From Candidatus Poribacteria bacterium (GTDB lineage Bacteria; Poribacteria; WGA-4E; WGA-3G), in NCBI GenBank assembly GCA_963663765.2, contig CAXXUA010000005.1:192001-256000 (forward strand): 64,000 nt of DNA. The letters run 5' to 3'. Of this stretch, positions 8,832-18,556 are shown piece by piece. Numbering within the stretch: the stretch's first letter is position 1; each line of letters begins with the position of its first letter. The notes beneath the pieces were generated by a model. It was not told where the DNA came from and searched no databases. It saw only the letters and a list, made by a program, of their open reading frames with translations. A program made the translations under genes and the position numbers.

Positions 8832-9389
8832 ATGATAACTGCACCGACACTTCACACGGAGAGATTGATTCTGCGTTCATTTACGCTTGATGACGCCCCA
8901 GATGTGCAACGGATTACAAGTAATCCTGATATTGTATCCACTACACCTGGCACAGAGGAGTTGCACAAAGACGGCATGGCAGAGGATTGGATTGTATTCG
9001 GTCAGAAATGGTTTGAAAGTGGTTCAGGAGTGGCTTTTGCAGTCATACTAAGAGCAGATGGCACCTTTCTTGGTGACGTAGAATTAAATATCCGAAACCA
9101 TCTACCGTACAATGATGCGTTTCTTGGTTATTGGATTGGAAAACCGTATTGGAATAATGGGTATTGTACTGAGGCAGCAAAAGCAGTAGTTACGTATGGA
9201 TTTCGTGAGTGTGGTTTAGATAGTATTCTCGCGTATCACTTTGCCAGAAATCCTGCGTCTGGTCGTGTAATGCAAAAGATCGGCATGAAGTATTGGGACT
9301 ACTTTCCGAATCAAGTTGAACACTTGGGTGTTTTGGAAGATGAGGTAGGTTATTCGATTTCAAAGGATGAGTTTTTAGCATCATGTTAA
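8832..9389 (+). CDS. GNAT N-acetyltransferase, RimJ/RimL family
   Basis: TERLILR, LGYWIGKPYWNNGYCTEA and NPASGRVMQKIGM motifs. Confidence 0.92.
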   Translation: MITAPTLHTERLILRSFTLDDAPDVQRITSNPDIVSTTPGTEELHKDGMAEDWIVFGQKWFESGSGVAFAVILRADGTFLGDVELNIRNHLPYNDAFLGYWIGKPYWNNGYCTEAAKAVVTYGFRECGLDSILAYHFARNPASGRVMQKIGMKYWDYFPNQVEHLGVLEDEVGYSISKDEFLASC

Positions 9390-9946
9390 CTGTGCCTACA
9401 CTCACGACCGAAAGATTGCTTTTGCGTTCATTTGTCCTTGAGGATTCTTTGGATGTGCAACGTCTTGTAGGTGAACGTGATGTAGCAGCAACAACTTGTG
9501 CTATTCCACATCCATATAAGGAAGGCGTTGCAGAAGCGTGGATTGGTAGCCATGATAAGGCTTTGAAAAATGGTTCTGGAATTGTTTTTGCGATCACGTT
9601 GAAAGATTCTCATGAATTTGATGAGTCTATTTTGATTGGTGCGATAGACATAAGAATTGACAAGGCGGAAAAGATTGGTGAACTCGGTTATTGGATTGGT
9701 AAACCCTATTGGGGTTGTGGGTATTGTACAGAAGCAGCGAAAGTAATCTTAGCCTATAGTTTTGACGTTTTAGAGTTAAGGAGTGTTCAAGCATTTTACT
9801 TTAAAGATAACCCTGCATCGGGACGAGTATTGCAAAAGATTGGTATGCAGTTTGAAGCGGAATATCCTCGTGCAGCGGAGAAATGGGGTGTTTTAGTAGA
9901 TTTAGTCAAGTACAGTATTCAATATAAAACATACAATTCACGGTAG
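9383..9946 (+). CDS. GNAT N-acetyltransferase, RimJ/RimL family (tandem paralog)
   Basis: TERLLLR, LGYWIGKPYWGCGYCTEA and NPASGRVLQKIGM motifs. Confidence 0.92.
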   Translation: MLTVPTLTTERLLLRSFVLEDSLDVQRLVGERDVAATTCAIPHPYKEGVAEAWIGSHDKALKNGSGIVFAITLKDSHEFDESILIGAIDIRIDKAEKIGELGYWIGKPYWGCGYCTEAAKVILAYSFDVLELRSVQAFYFKDNPASGRVLQKIGMQFEAEYPRAAEKWGVLVDLVKYSIQYKTYNSR

Positions 9947-9962
9947 TGTGAGGGACATCATA

Positions 9963-10050
9963 AATTATGATGAAAATCAAGAAATTATCAGCATTTTATA
10001 GGTTTCCAGCGCGCTTCCAAAACACAAGTACCGTTTTTGTGTAAGTCCTT
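9963..10050. mobile_element. 5'-truncated family A MITE
   Basis: Retains the interior (AATTATGATGAAAAT...AGGTTTCCAGCGCGC) and the right end GTGTAAGTCCT. Confidence 0.7.
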
Positions 10051-10097
10051 GAATGAATTAGTATCTCAAGAGTTAGGAATTTGTCTGATAGTTGACT

Positions 10098-11183
10098 ATG
10101 AAACTAAACATAATAGAAGCGTTAGCATTTTTTGATTTTCCGATAGAACAATTTCACGATAGAAGCATTCGTTGGTTGCTTGAAGACAAAGAAAATGTCA
10201 AAGGGCTTTTTGAAATTCTCTCAACACATCTGGTAGAACAGATAGATTTTTCGCAACTCACGCTTATCAACAAGACTTATATTCCTGACAACTTGCGCAA
10301 ACAAGAGTCTGACATGATATGTTCTGTTCCGTTTCGTGGTGAGTCGGAAACTGAGAAGTTATTGATTTATATCCTGATAGAACACCAATCCACAGTAGAC
10401 ATATCCATGGGGTATCGTGTATTATTTTATATGACGCAGATATGGGATGCGCAGCGGCGTGATTGGGAATCCAATAACCTTCCGAAAAGTCAGTGGCGTT
10501 TGCAGCCGATTGTTCCGATTGTGTTATATACAGGGGATGGAAAATGGAAGCATCCGCTGACTCTGCATGCGATGATGGATGTGCCAGAGCCGTTAAAAGG
10601 TTTTGTTCCATCTTATGATATATTATTTCTGAATGTGAAGGGTACGGATAGGTCTGACCTTACGCGAACTGATCATCCATTCGGTTGGCTACTGACTGTG
10701 TTGCAAAAGGAACATGGGAGTATAAATGAGTTAATGAGTGCAATATCAGAAGCCGTTAGACATATTGATACGCTTGATGCTGATGATGTACAGCAATGGC
10801 AACGCGCGGTCTTTTATCTCTATTTGCTGATAATGCATCGTCGTCCACCAACTGACCACGAAGTATTGAAATCGTTGGTACGAGAAAACATACAAAATAC
10901 TGTTCATCAAGAGGAGGAAGAACTAATGGAAAGGACTATGGCTGAACATCTCATAAAACAAGGTATTGAACAAGGTTTTGAGCAAGGCATTGAAAAAGGT
11001 GAGAAACGCGGTAAGATACAAGCTAAACGTGAGACACTTTTGAAAATGCTTGATCTGCGTATCGGTTCTGTGCCAGTTTCTGTAGCGAATAAAGTTTCAA
11101 GGATGCGGAGTCTTACTCGCCTGGACTCTCTTTTGGAACAGGTTGCTACTGCTAATGTGCTGGATGATATTGATTGGAAATGA
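10098..11183 (+). CDS. Rpn family recombination-promoting nuclease (YhgA-like PD-(D/E)XK)
   Basis: ESDMI..., YILIEHQST, PIVLYTG motifs; C-terminal GIEQG/GIEKG repeats. Confidence 0.92.
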   Translation: MKLNIIEALAFFDFPIEQFHDRSIRWLLEDKENVKGLFEILSTHLVEQIDFSQLTLINKTYIPDNLRKQESDMICSVPFRGESETEKLLIYILIEHQSTVDISMGYRVLFYMTQIWDAQRRDWESNNLPKSQWRLQPIVPIVLYTGDGKWKHPLTLHAMMDVPEPLKGFVPSYDILFLNVKGTDRSDLTRTDHPFGWLLTVLQKEHGSINELMSAISEAVRHIDTLDADDVQQWQRAVFYLYLLIMHRRPPTDHEVLKSLVRENIQNTVHQEEEELMERTMAEHLIKQGIEQGFEQGIEKGEKRGKIQAKRETLLKMLDLRIGSVPVSVANKVSRMRSLTRLDSLLEQVATANVLDDIDWK

Positions 11184-11627
11184 TGATTTTGTGTTCAGAA
11201 TGCGACTTGTATGTATATGGCTGCTGATAATGCATCGTCGTCCACCAACTGACCACGAAGTATTGAAATCGTTGGTACGAGAAAACATACAAAATACTGT
11301 TCATCAAGAGGAGGAAGAACTAATGGAAAGGACTATGGCTGAACATCTCATAAAACAAGGTATTGAACAAGGTTTTGAGCAAGGCATTGAAAAAGGCATT
11401 GAAAAAGGCATTGAAAAAGGTGAGAAACGCGGTAAGATACAAGCTAAACGTGAGACACTTTTGAAAATGCTTGATCTGCGTATCGGTTCTGTGCCAGTTT
11501 CTGTAGCGAATAAAGTTTCAAGGATGCGGAGTCTTACTCGCCTGGACTCTCTTTTGGAACAGGTTGCTACTGCTAATGTGCTGGATGATATTGATTGGAA
11601 ATGATGATTTTGTGTTCAGAATGCGAC
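10825..11627 (+). repeat. Tandem duplication of the rpn 3' end (10825-11206 and 11222-11627)
   Basis: Copies look identical except for 24 extra bp (two additional GIEK units) in copy 2; 15-bp junction. Confidence 0.97.
11323..11604 (+). CDS. Standalone copy of the Rpn C-terminal domain (predicted RpnS-type antitoxin, 93 aa)
   Basis: ATG preceded by GAGGAGGAAG; same SD/ATG exists inside rpn at 10911-10928. Confidence 0.7.
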   Translation: MERTMAEHLIKQGIEQGFEQGIEKGIEKGIEKGEKRGKIQAKRETLLKMLDLRIGSVPVSVANKVSRMRSLTRLDSLLEQVATANVLDDIDWK

Positions 11628-11714
11628 ATGTCTATTTATTGATTTTGGTATAGGTTTTTGTGGTAAGATGTGTATTTACGAAGGACAATATCCGAATTTG
11701 AAATGCATATCAAA

Positions 11715-11907
11715 CAGGACTTACGCAGTTTTCATGATTTAAACAAGAATTGTGATGAAAATGATGGAATTTTCAGAAATACTTATGTAGCCAGCGAGCT
11801 TACAAAGCACCAAATCAAGTAATCAACGGTATGAATACCTTATGGTATTCCCCGGGTATAAATGCCATTTAGGCATTCCCCGCATACCATTGGGTACGTA
11901 AGTCCTG
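11715..11907. mobile_element. Family A MITE carrying nested hairpin insertions
   Basis: CAGGACTTACGCA...TACGTAAGTCCTG flanked by 5-bp duplication TCAAA. Confidence 0.9.
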
Positions 11908-11992
11908 TCAAATTCACAATATAATTTACTAACACTGATTGTTTATTAGGCTACATTTGCCTTTAAAAACTTTTTTACGAATTCCAAAATAT

Positions 11993-13462
11993 ATGAAATT
12001 TGAATGGTTTGTAGCCTCACGTTATTTACTTTCACGTAGAAAACAGTCGTTTATCTCGATCATCAGTATCATTTCAATTGCAGGTGTTGGTCTCGGTGTT
12101 GCGACGGTGATATTAGTGATTGCTGTGCTTGATGGTGTTGAACATGGACTTAGAGATAGGTTTCTTTCGAATGAGGCACATGTCGTCCTACGATTAATTG
12201 GTAACAATTTCTTCAGTGATTATCAAGATAAAATTGAACGAATTACGAATGTTGGGGGTGTTGTAGCTGCGTCACCCGTTGTGTATTCACAGATGGGTGT
12301 TTTCCAAACGGGGAGTGAAGGTATAAAGGACACTATTTTTGTGAAAGGCATAGATACGGTGCAAGAGGATGAAGTGACGGGTTTTTCACATTTTGTTGAG
12401 GGTTCGGTAGACTTTCAGGTATCCCCATTGATAGAGGAAGCAGCACTCAGAGAAGGTGAGACGATTGCAGGAGGTATGGTGGTTGGTTCTCGCTTGGCGG
12501 CACGTTTGGGGATCGGAGTGGGTGATGTTTTAAGGCTTGTGGTAAGTCTTGAGGAGAATCCAGGTTCTGTTGGATCCCCTACTTTCTTGGTTGACTTTTC
12601 AAATTTTGTTATTATCGGATTCTACGAATCAGAACTTGCGGTCTACGACAATCAAATTGCGTATATTGCAAAGGAAACTGCGCAAGAACTTTACAAGGCA
12701 AAAGACAAAGTTAATGTAATTTTGGTGAAATTAGAAGATGCGGAGATGGCATCTGAACTCAGTGTATTGATAGAAGATGCTGCGCAGTTTTCAGAAATCA
12801 TTGAAATGCCGATAACGACGACGTGGTTAGAGACGCACGCACCATTGTTTGCTGCGCTGAAGTTGGAAAAGATCGCAACAGTCATTATTGAGGCACTTAT
12901 CATATTGGTTGCTGCTTTTAATATTGCGAGTACGCTAATCATGACGGTGATGGAGAAGACACGTGATGTAGGTACTTTGCGTACTCTGGGTGCATCTCGT
13001 GGAAACATCTTGAAGATTTTTATGATTCAAGGCAGTGTGATCGGTATGTTAGGAACAGTTGCTGGTTCAGCATTAGGTCTGGGTCTGTGTTGGTTGTTGA
13101 GTAATAATGTTGTCAGACCGTCTCCGTTATATGCGTTTGGTGCTATTGCGGTTCTTATTATTTTTCAGGTAGTCATTGCTTTCAGACGTTTGATACCTTA
13201 CGGAACAGTGAGAAAGTTGGGTATGTCAGTTTTCTGGATAGTTGTTGTGGGTTTTGTGTTATACTGCTTTGTTAAACCTATCTCTTTGAAGGAGTTGGGT
13301 TTAAGCGGAATCTATCAAATGAATGAACTTCCAATCAGGGTGAATTGGTTATTTGTGGGTTTCATTAACTTACTCTCCTTTGTAATATGTTGGTTGGGTA
13401 CTATCTATCCTGCATGGCAAGCATCAAATTTGAAACCTATTGAAGCGTTGCAATATGAATAG
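11993..13462 (+). CDS. lolE: Lipoprotein-releasing ABC transporter permease (LolC/E family)
   Basis: RYLLSRRKQSFISIIS N-terminus; VAAFNIASTLIMTVMEK and YPAWQAS...PIEAL motifs; precedes lolD. Confidence 0.9.
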   Translation: MKFEWFVASRYLLSRRKQSFISIISIISIAGVGLGVATVILVIAVLDGVEHGLRDRFLSNEAHVVLRLIGNNFFSDYQDKIERITNVGGVVAASPVVYSQMGVFQTGSEGIKDTIFVKGIDTVQEDEVTGFSHFVEGSVDFQVSPLIEEAALREGETIAGGMVVGSRLAARLGIGVGDVLRLVVSLEENPGSVGSPTFLVDFSNFVIIGFYESELAVYDNQIAYIAKETAQELYKAKDKVNVILVKLEDAEMASELSVLIEDAAQFSEIIEMPITTTWLETHAPLFAALKLEKIATVIIEALIILVAAFNIASTLIMTVMEKTRDVGTLRTLGASRGNILKIFMIQGSVIGMLGTVAGSALGLGLCWLLSNNVVRPSPLYAFGAIAVLIIFQVVIAFRRLIPYGTVRKLGMSVFWIVVVGFVLYCFVKPISLKELGLSGIYQMNELPIRVNWLFVGFINLLSFVICWLGTIYPAWQASNLKPIEALQYE

Positions 13463-13537
13463 AAAAGTCTAGAAAGCAAGAAGAGGCACAACCTAACAGG
13501 TTATGCTACAGTGTTTGATATAATGTCGTAGGTTTCA

Positions 13538-14245
13538 ATGGAAAACTTAATAAGAATTGACAATTTACGCAAATCGTTTTATGATGGTGACTCTGAACTC
13601 CAAGTTCTTAAGGGTGTGAATCTTGATGTTCGTAAGGCTGAGATACTTGCGATCATGGGTGCATCGGGAGTAGGTAAGAGTACTTTGTTGCATCTATTGG
13701 GAACACTTGATCGTCCAACAGCTGGAAACATCTATTACGAGGAACAAGATATAACGGCATTCTCTGAGCGAGACCTTACTCGTTTTAGAAATGAAGCGAT
13801 TGGATTTGTATTTCAGTTTCACCAATTGTTGCCAGAATTTACTGCATTAGAGAATGTTGCGATGGGTGGTTTAATCCGTAATGCGAAGGGTTTTGTAGCA
13901 GTTAATGGAAGCAGTTTACCCCATAGCGAAGTCAATGAAACAGCTGAACATCTTCTTGATAGTGTTGGTCTTTCAGAACGTCTTGAACATTATCCGAGCC
14001 AACTATCGGGTGGAGAACGACAGAGAGTTGCTATTGCCAGAGCCCTCATCAATCAACCTACGGTTGTGCTTGCAGATGAACCGACAGGTAACATAGATGA
14101 TAAGACGAGTGAATCAGTACTTGATGTATTGCAGGATATCAACGAGCGTCTCAATCAGACTTTTGTGATTGTGACGCATGACTCCCGTCTATCGGCACGT
14201 GCGCACCGAATGGTTCAACTTGTGGATGGAAGAATTGGTGACTAG
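13538..14245 (+). CDS. lolD: Lipoprotein-releasing ABC transporter ATP-binding protein
   Basis: GASGVGKST, LolD motif GFVFQFHQLL, LSGGE and DEPTGN. Confidence 0.93.
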   Translation: MENLIRIDNLRKSFYDGDSELQVLKGVNLDVRKAEILAIMGASGVGKSTLLHLLGTLDRPTAGNIYYEEQDITAFSERDLTRFRNEAIGFVFQFHQLLPEFTALENVAMGGLIRNAKGFVAVNGSSLPHSEVNETAEHLLDSVGLSERLEHYPSQLSGGERQRVAIARALINQPTVVLADEPTGNIDDKTSESVLDVLQDINERLNQTFVIVTHDSRLSARAHRMVQLVDGRIGD

Positions 14246-14285
14246 GAAAAATAAATGACACTTGTTATATAGGAAGGTATAGGTA

Positions 14286-15167
14286 ATGTTGATTTATGTC
14301 GATGGAGAATATTTTTCACCGGAGGAAGCAAAGCTTTCAGTATTTGATCACGGTTTATTGTATGGTGATGGTGTATTTGAAGGCATTCGGTGTTACAATG
14401 GATATGTATTTAAACTGGATGAACACTTAGCAAGGCTGTATGATTCTGCTAAATCTCTTATGTTAAAGATTCCTATTCCGATTGAGGTAATGAAGGAAAG
14501 TGTTCTTGAAACGCTCCGTCGCAATCAACTTCGCGAAGGTTATATCCGTATGGTTGTAACCCGTGGCATTGGTGATTTAGGACTTGATCCGGCAAAATGC
14601 CCTCGTCCGTCAGTCATAATTATTGCGGACAAAATCACGTTATATCCGCAACATTACTATGAAAATGGCTTGGAAATTGTCACAGTTTCAGTTAGAAGGA
14701 ATTATCCTGAAGCGGTCAATCCTCGCATTAAATCGTTAAATTACCTGAACAACATCCTTGCGTTAATAGAAGCGAAGCAATCTGGTGCTGTGGAAGCGCT
14801 GATGCTGAATGCAGATGGATATGTTGCGGAATGTACGGGTGACAACATATTTTTTGTAAGGAATGAGGTAATTGTTACGCCCCCGGCGCATCTTGGTATT
14901 CTTGAAGGTGTTACACGGAATTGTGTGATCTCCTTGGCGCGCGAGGCTGGATTTCAAGTTGAGGAACGTGTTTTTACCCGACATGATATTTATATTGCCG
15001 ATGAATGTTTTTTAACAGGAACAGCAGCGGAAGTGATTCCAGTGGTCAAACTTGACCAACGCGTTATTGGTAATGGTGAACCTGGCAAGGTAACGCAGAA
15101 GCTGATTGATGCCTTCCGTCATTATGCAAACAACTTTGGTACACCTATATTTTCTAAGGATGAATGA
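14286..15167 (+). CDS. ilvE: Branched-chain amino acid aminotransferase
   Basis: YGDGVFEG, KSLNYLNN, LEGVTR and FLTGTAAEV motifs. Confidence 0.95.
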   Translation: MLIYVDGEYFSPEEAKLSVFDHGLLYGDGVFEGIRCYNGYVFKLDEHLARLYDSAKSLMLKIPIPIEVMKESVLETLRRNQLREGYIRMVVTRGIGDLGLDPAKCPRPSVIIIADKITLYPQHYYENGLEIVTVSVRRNYPEAVNPRIKSLNYLNNILALIEAKQSGAVEALMLNADGYVAECTGDNIFFVRNEVIVTPPAHLGILEGVTRNCVISLAREAGFQVEERVFTRHDIYIADECFLTGTAAEVIPVVKLDQRVIGNGEPGKVTQKLIDAFRHYANNFGTPIFSKDE

Positions 15168-15228
15168 AACAAAACAACGGAACAAATCAAACCACCTGAA
15201 ACGCAATTATTGAAGGAGAATATCTATC

Positions 15229-17670
15229 ATGTCCGCACGAAAAAAATCGCTTCTTACCCCTATCATTAGTATATTGATGGTTTTGATTCTTTTGGTTTTA
15301 CCGAGTTTCACTGTATTTGCTGAAGAGACACCGAATACACCGTTTGGACCGCAACCTGCAGAAGAAACAGCATCAGACGAATCTGTTAAAGAACTCTCTT
15401 CCTCCACATCAGTTGATGATATGTTTGTGGTCAAGAGGATTGAGTTTGAGGGTATTCAAACACTTCGCAAGGAGATGTTGGAGACGTTGATACAAACGCA
15501 GGTTGGTCAAGAAATCTCTGATGAGTTGATTACCAAGGATATTGAAAACCTGTATAAAGATACAGGGTTTTTCTATGACATTAAAGTGGATGTGAAGAAG
15601 GCTGAAGGTGGGGGTTTTGTTGTAACTTATATCCTTGATGAAAGTCCTAAAGTTGAAAGTATCAACATTATAGGGAATGATGAGATAGACATTGGGAAAA
15701 TCATGGATAAGGTGACGCTTCGTCGATCAGAGATTTTCAATGATCGTCTGCGTTGGGAGAGTGAACGTGCTATCAGAAAACTCTACCATGAAAAAGGGTA
15801 TTATCTTGTAAAGATTCAAGTGCATATAGATGTGAATTCGGAGGAGAACACGAATCAGATTACATTTGAGATAGCAGAGGGTCCGCGTGTAAGGATCACA
15901 GAGATCAATTTTATAGGAAACGATCAAGTAGAATCCAAGAAACTGCGCAAGAAGATGAAAACGCGTATGGGTAAGCACTTTGATGAGATTTTGTTTGAGG
16001 AGGAGGACTTAGGTTTTACTCTTAGAAATTACTATCAGGACCTTGGTTTTGCGCAGGTAAAGATTTTAGGACATGAGAAACGGTTCACTGAAGACAAAAC
16101 CGGGTTGATTCTTGATATTACAGTGGATGAGGGTGCTCAATTCATTCTTGGTAAATACTACATTAAGCTTGAATCTGGAGAGAAGATAGTATTTTCAGAG
16201 AAGAAGATTCTGGATATGTTGGATCCTGCTGAAGGTGAAGTATTCAATAGGGATATATTTGAAGAATCCGTTGCGCAACTCCAACAGACTTATCTTGATA
16301 AAGGTTATCTTCTTGCGGAAGTTGTGCCACAACCGCATTTTGATGAGGTGACTGCGTCTGTGGACATTATCTTGAAAATAAATCAAGGAGATGTTATAAT
16401 CATTGACAATGTGCCGATTCAGGGATTGGAAAAGACGAATGAAAATGTGATTCGTCGTGAGTTGAATTTTTTAAATATCAAGTCTGATGAGTTGCTTGAT
16501 GTGAAGTCGCTTCGTAAAGCGCGGCAGCGTCTTTTTCAAATGGGACCGTTTATACGTGCGGTAGATTTTGTTCCGAGTGATACGGAAAACGATAGTCGCA
16601 AGAATCTTGTCGTCAATATTGCGGAATCCCCTACGACTGGTACATTGAGTGTAGGTGGTGGTTATGGTAGTGAAGGTGGTATTTTCGGTACTGCTGAGAT
16701 TGGTCAGCACAACCTATTTGGTCGTGCGTATCGTATACATTTGAAGGGTGAACTTGGTACGCGTGATCACTATACAGCAGAGGCGAGTTTTGGTACACCT
16801 TGGATATTTGGTACGCCGACACGTCTGAATGCGCGTATTTACAACAATCGTAGGTTTCGTCGTTATTATGGCAATGTTGGTACCATTCTTGATCCGGAAG
16901 ATTACTTGAGAGATAGGTATATATGGGATACGCGTGGTGGTTCAATTTCATTAGGTCGTCCGATTGCTTATGATATTGACTTGTCGGTAAGGTTTCGTAA
17001 TGAATTGATAAAAGCGAACACCCCTGAAGAGCAGTTGTTCAATCGGTCAACAAGGAGTATTCTTTTCGCTGTAGGTCGCGATACGCGTGATTATCGAACT
17101 TCGTTGTATGATCCTATGGGTGGTAGTTCTAATAGCATTTCCTACGAGTATTCTGGTGGCTTTTTAGGTGCGGACAACGAGTTCCAGAAGTATACAGCGG
17201 ATACGAGTTGGTTTTTCAACCCGTGGTGGAATCATGTTTTTGCTATCCATGCACGTGCGGGTTATATGAAGAGTAGGGATGAGGATAATAGAGAACTATT
17301 CTATGAAAGGTTTTATTTGGGTGGTGTAGACACCGTACGTGGTTATGAGGACTGGGAGATTTATCCTGATCCGCTTGATTCCGAAGTGCCGAATCCGTAT
17401 GGGGGTAACAAAGTATTTTTCTCTAATTTTGAGTATCGTGTACAAGTTTCACCACAGTTGACGACAGCACTATTCTTTGATGTTGGTCAGGTATGGGATG
17501 AAAGCGTTGTAAACCCATTTCGTCAAATTAATTTGAAACGTGGTGCGGGTGTAGAAGCGCGTTTACAGATGTTGGGCATGTTGGCAAGGTTTGGTTGGGG
17601 TTATGCGTTTGATCGTCAGAATCGCGCACCTCAAGGTAAGTTTTATTTTACGATTGGTCCCGGATTTTAG
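15229..17670 (+). CDS. bamA: Outer membrane protein assembly factor BamA
   Basis: Signal peptide, POTRA repeats, VRGY motif, terminal Phe; adjacent to skp and lpxD. Confidence 0.95.
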   Translation: MSARKKSLLTPIISILMVLILLVLPSFTVFAEETPNTPFGPQPAEETASDESVKELSSSTSVDDMFVVKRIEFEGIQTLRKEMLETLIQTQVGQEISDELITKDIENLYKDTGFFYDIKVDVKKAEGGGFVVTYILDESPKVESINIIGNDEIDIGKIMDKVTLRRSEIFNDRLRWESERAIRKLYHEKGYYLVKIQVHIDVNSEENTNQITFEIAEGPRVRITEINFIGNDQVESKKLRKKMKTRMGKHFDEILFEEEDLGFTLRNYYQDLGFAQVKILGHEKRFTEDKTGLILDITVDEGAQFILGKYYIKLESGEKIVFSEKKILDMLDPAEGEVFNRDIFEESVAQLQQTYLDKGYLLAEVVPQPHFDEVTASVDIILKINQGDVIIIDNVPIQGLEKTNENVIRRELNFLNIKSDELLDVKSLRKARQRLFQMGPFIRAVDFVPSDTENDSRKNLVVNIAESPTTGTLSVGGGYGSEGGIFGTAEIGQHNLFGRAYRIHLKGELGTRDHYTAEASFGTPWIFGTPTRLNARIYNNRRFRRYYGNVGTILDPEDYLRDRYIWDTRGGSISLGRPIAYDIDLSVRFRNELIKANTPEEQLFNRSTRSILFAVGRDTRDYRTSLYDPMGGSSNSISYEYSGGFLGADNEFQKYTADTSWFFNPWWNHVFAIHARAGYMKSRDEDNRELFYERFYLGGVDTVRGYEDWEIYPDPLDSEVPNPYGGNKVFFSNFEYRVQVSPQLTTALFFDVGQVWDESVVNPFRQINLKRGAGVEARLQMLGMLARFGWGYAFDRQNRAPQGKFYFTIGPGF

Positions 17671-17899
17671 GTTAAATTTTTATATTAAGCATATAATTAA
17701 TAGGATATTTTACGCATCAAACATTTAGTTTGTGCTACAACACCCTCGTTATGTTTGGTATCGTAACCGAACCTAACATAATGTCCTATTAATTCTAAAG
17801 TCTATTATATGAAATGAATTCTGAGGTTGATCGTATCGTTTGATTGGAAATTATAATTATAGAGTATTTAGTATTCTGCATGAAATAAAAGGATATATT

Positions 17900-18499
17900 A
17901 TGAAGAAATTTTTGTTTGTTGTTTTCCCACTGATGCTGATTTTGTTCATATCCGGTAGCATTGGTCAAGAGTCGTTTAAAATAGGAGTTGTTGACACGCA
18001 GAAAGTGTTAGAAAACTATGAAAAATATATTGAAGCGGATAAGTTACTGACGACAGCTGAAGCGCGTTTGAAAGAGAAACTTGATGCTATGGGTAAGGAA
18101 ATTGAGACGTTACAAGAGCGAAAAGAGAAAACGGAGCTTTTTGTGGAGGAAGCGCAGACTGCAGAATTAGAGGATGATATTAAAAAGAAACAGTTGGAAG
18201 CACAACAAGAACTCAATCGTGGTCGGGAAGTACTAATACAAAAGCAGAAGGAACTGTTGGAACCGATTTTTAAGGAAATTGAGGAACTGATTATTGAAAC
18301 AGGCAAAGCTGAAAAATACGACCTTATTCTCAATAAACAAGCTGTGCTGTTTGTTAATGAGAAATATGATTTGACCAACAAACTGATTATAGCTATCAAT
18401 GAAAAACCTAAAAAAGGTGATGCAGCCGAACAGGACGAGTCTGAAACGAAAGAGGACAATACTGAAAAACCACTCGAACAGAATGATGAGAAGAAATAG
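17900..18499 (+). CDS. skp: OmpH/Skp periplasmic chaperone
   Basis: Signal peptide, KIGVVD motif, coiled coil, YDLIL...YDLT; bamA-skp-lpxD synteny. Confidence 0.92.
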   Translation: MKKFLFVVFPLMLILFISGSIGQESFKIGVVDTQKVLENYEKYIEADKLLTTAEARLKEKLDAMGKEIETLQERKEKTELFVEEAQTAELEDDIKKKQLEAQQELNRGREVLIQKQKELLEPIFKEIEELIIETGKAEKYDLILNKQAVLFVNEKYDLTNKLIIAINEKPKKGDAAEQDESETKEDNTEKPLEQNDEKK

Positions 18500-18556
18500 T
18501 ATCTGAATTCTCTTAGCAGTAATGACATAGGTTTTTTCTTTTGCGATGAGGTTTTT

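Noticed and set aside
11143-11322. N-terminal part of the 153-aa ORF 11143-11604 as a real protein
   Set aside because: Chance open frame across the duplication junction; the SD-supported start is 11323.
17765-17805. dif-like site (minus strand TTATGTTAGGT)
   Set aside because: Part of a REP-like repeat, and no XerC arm is present.
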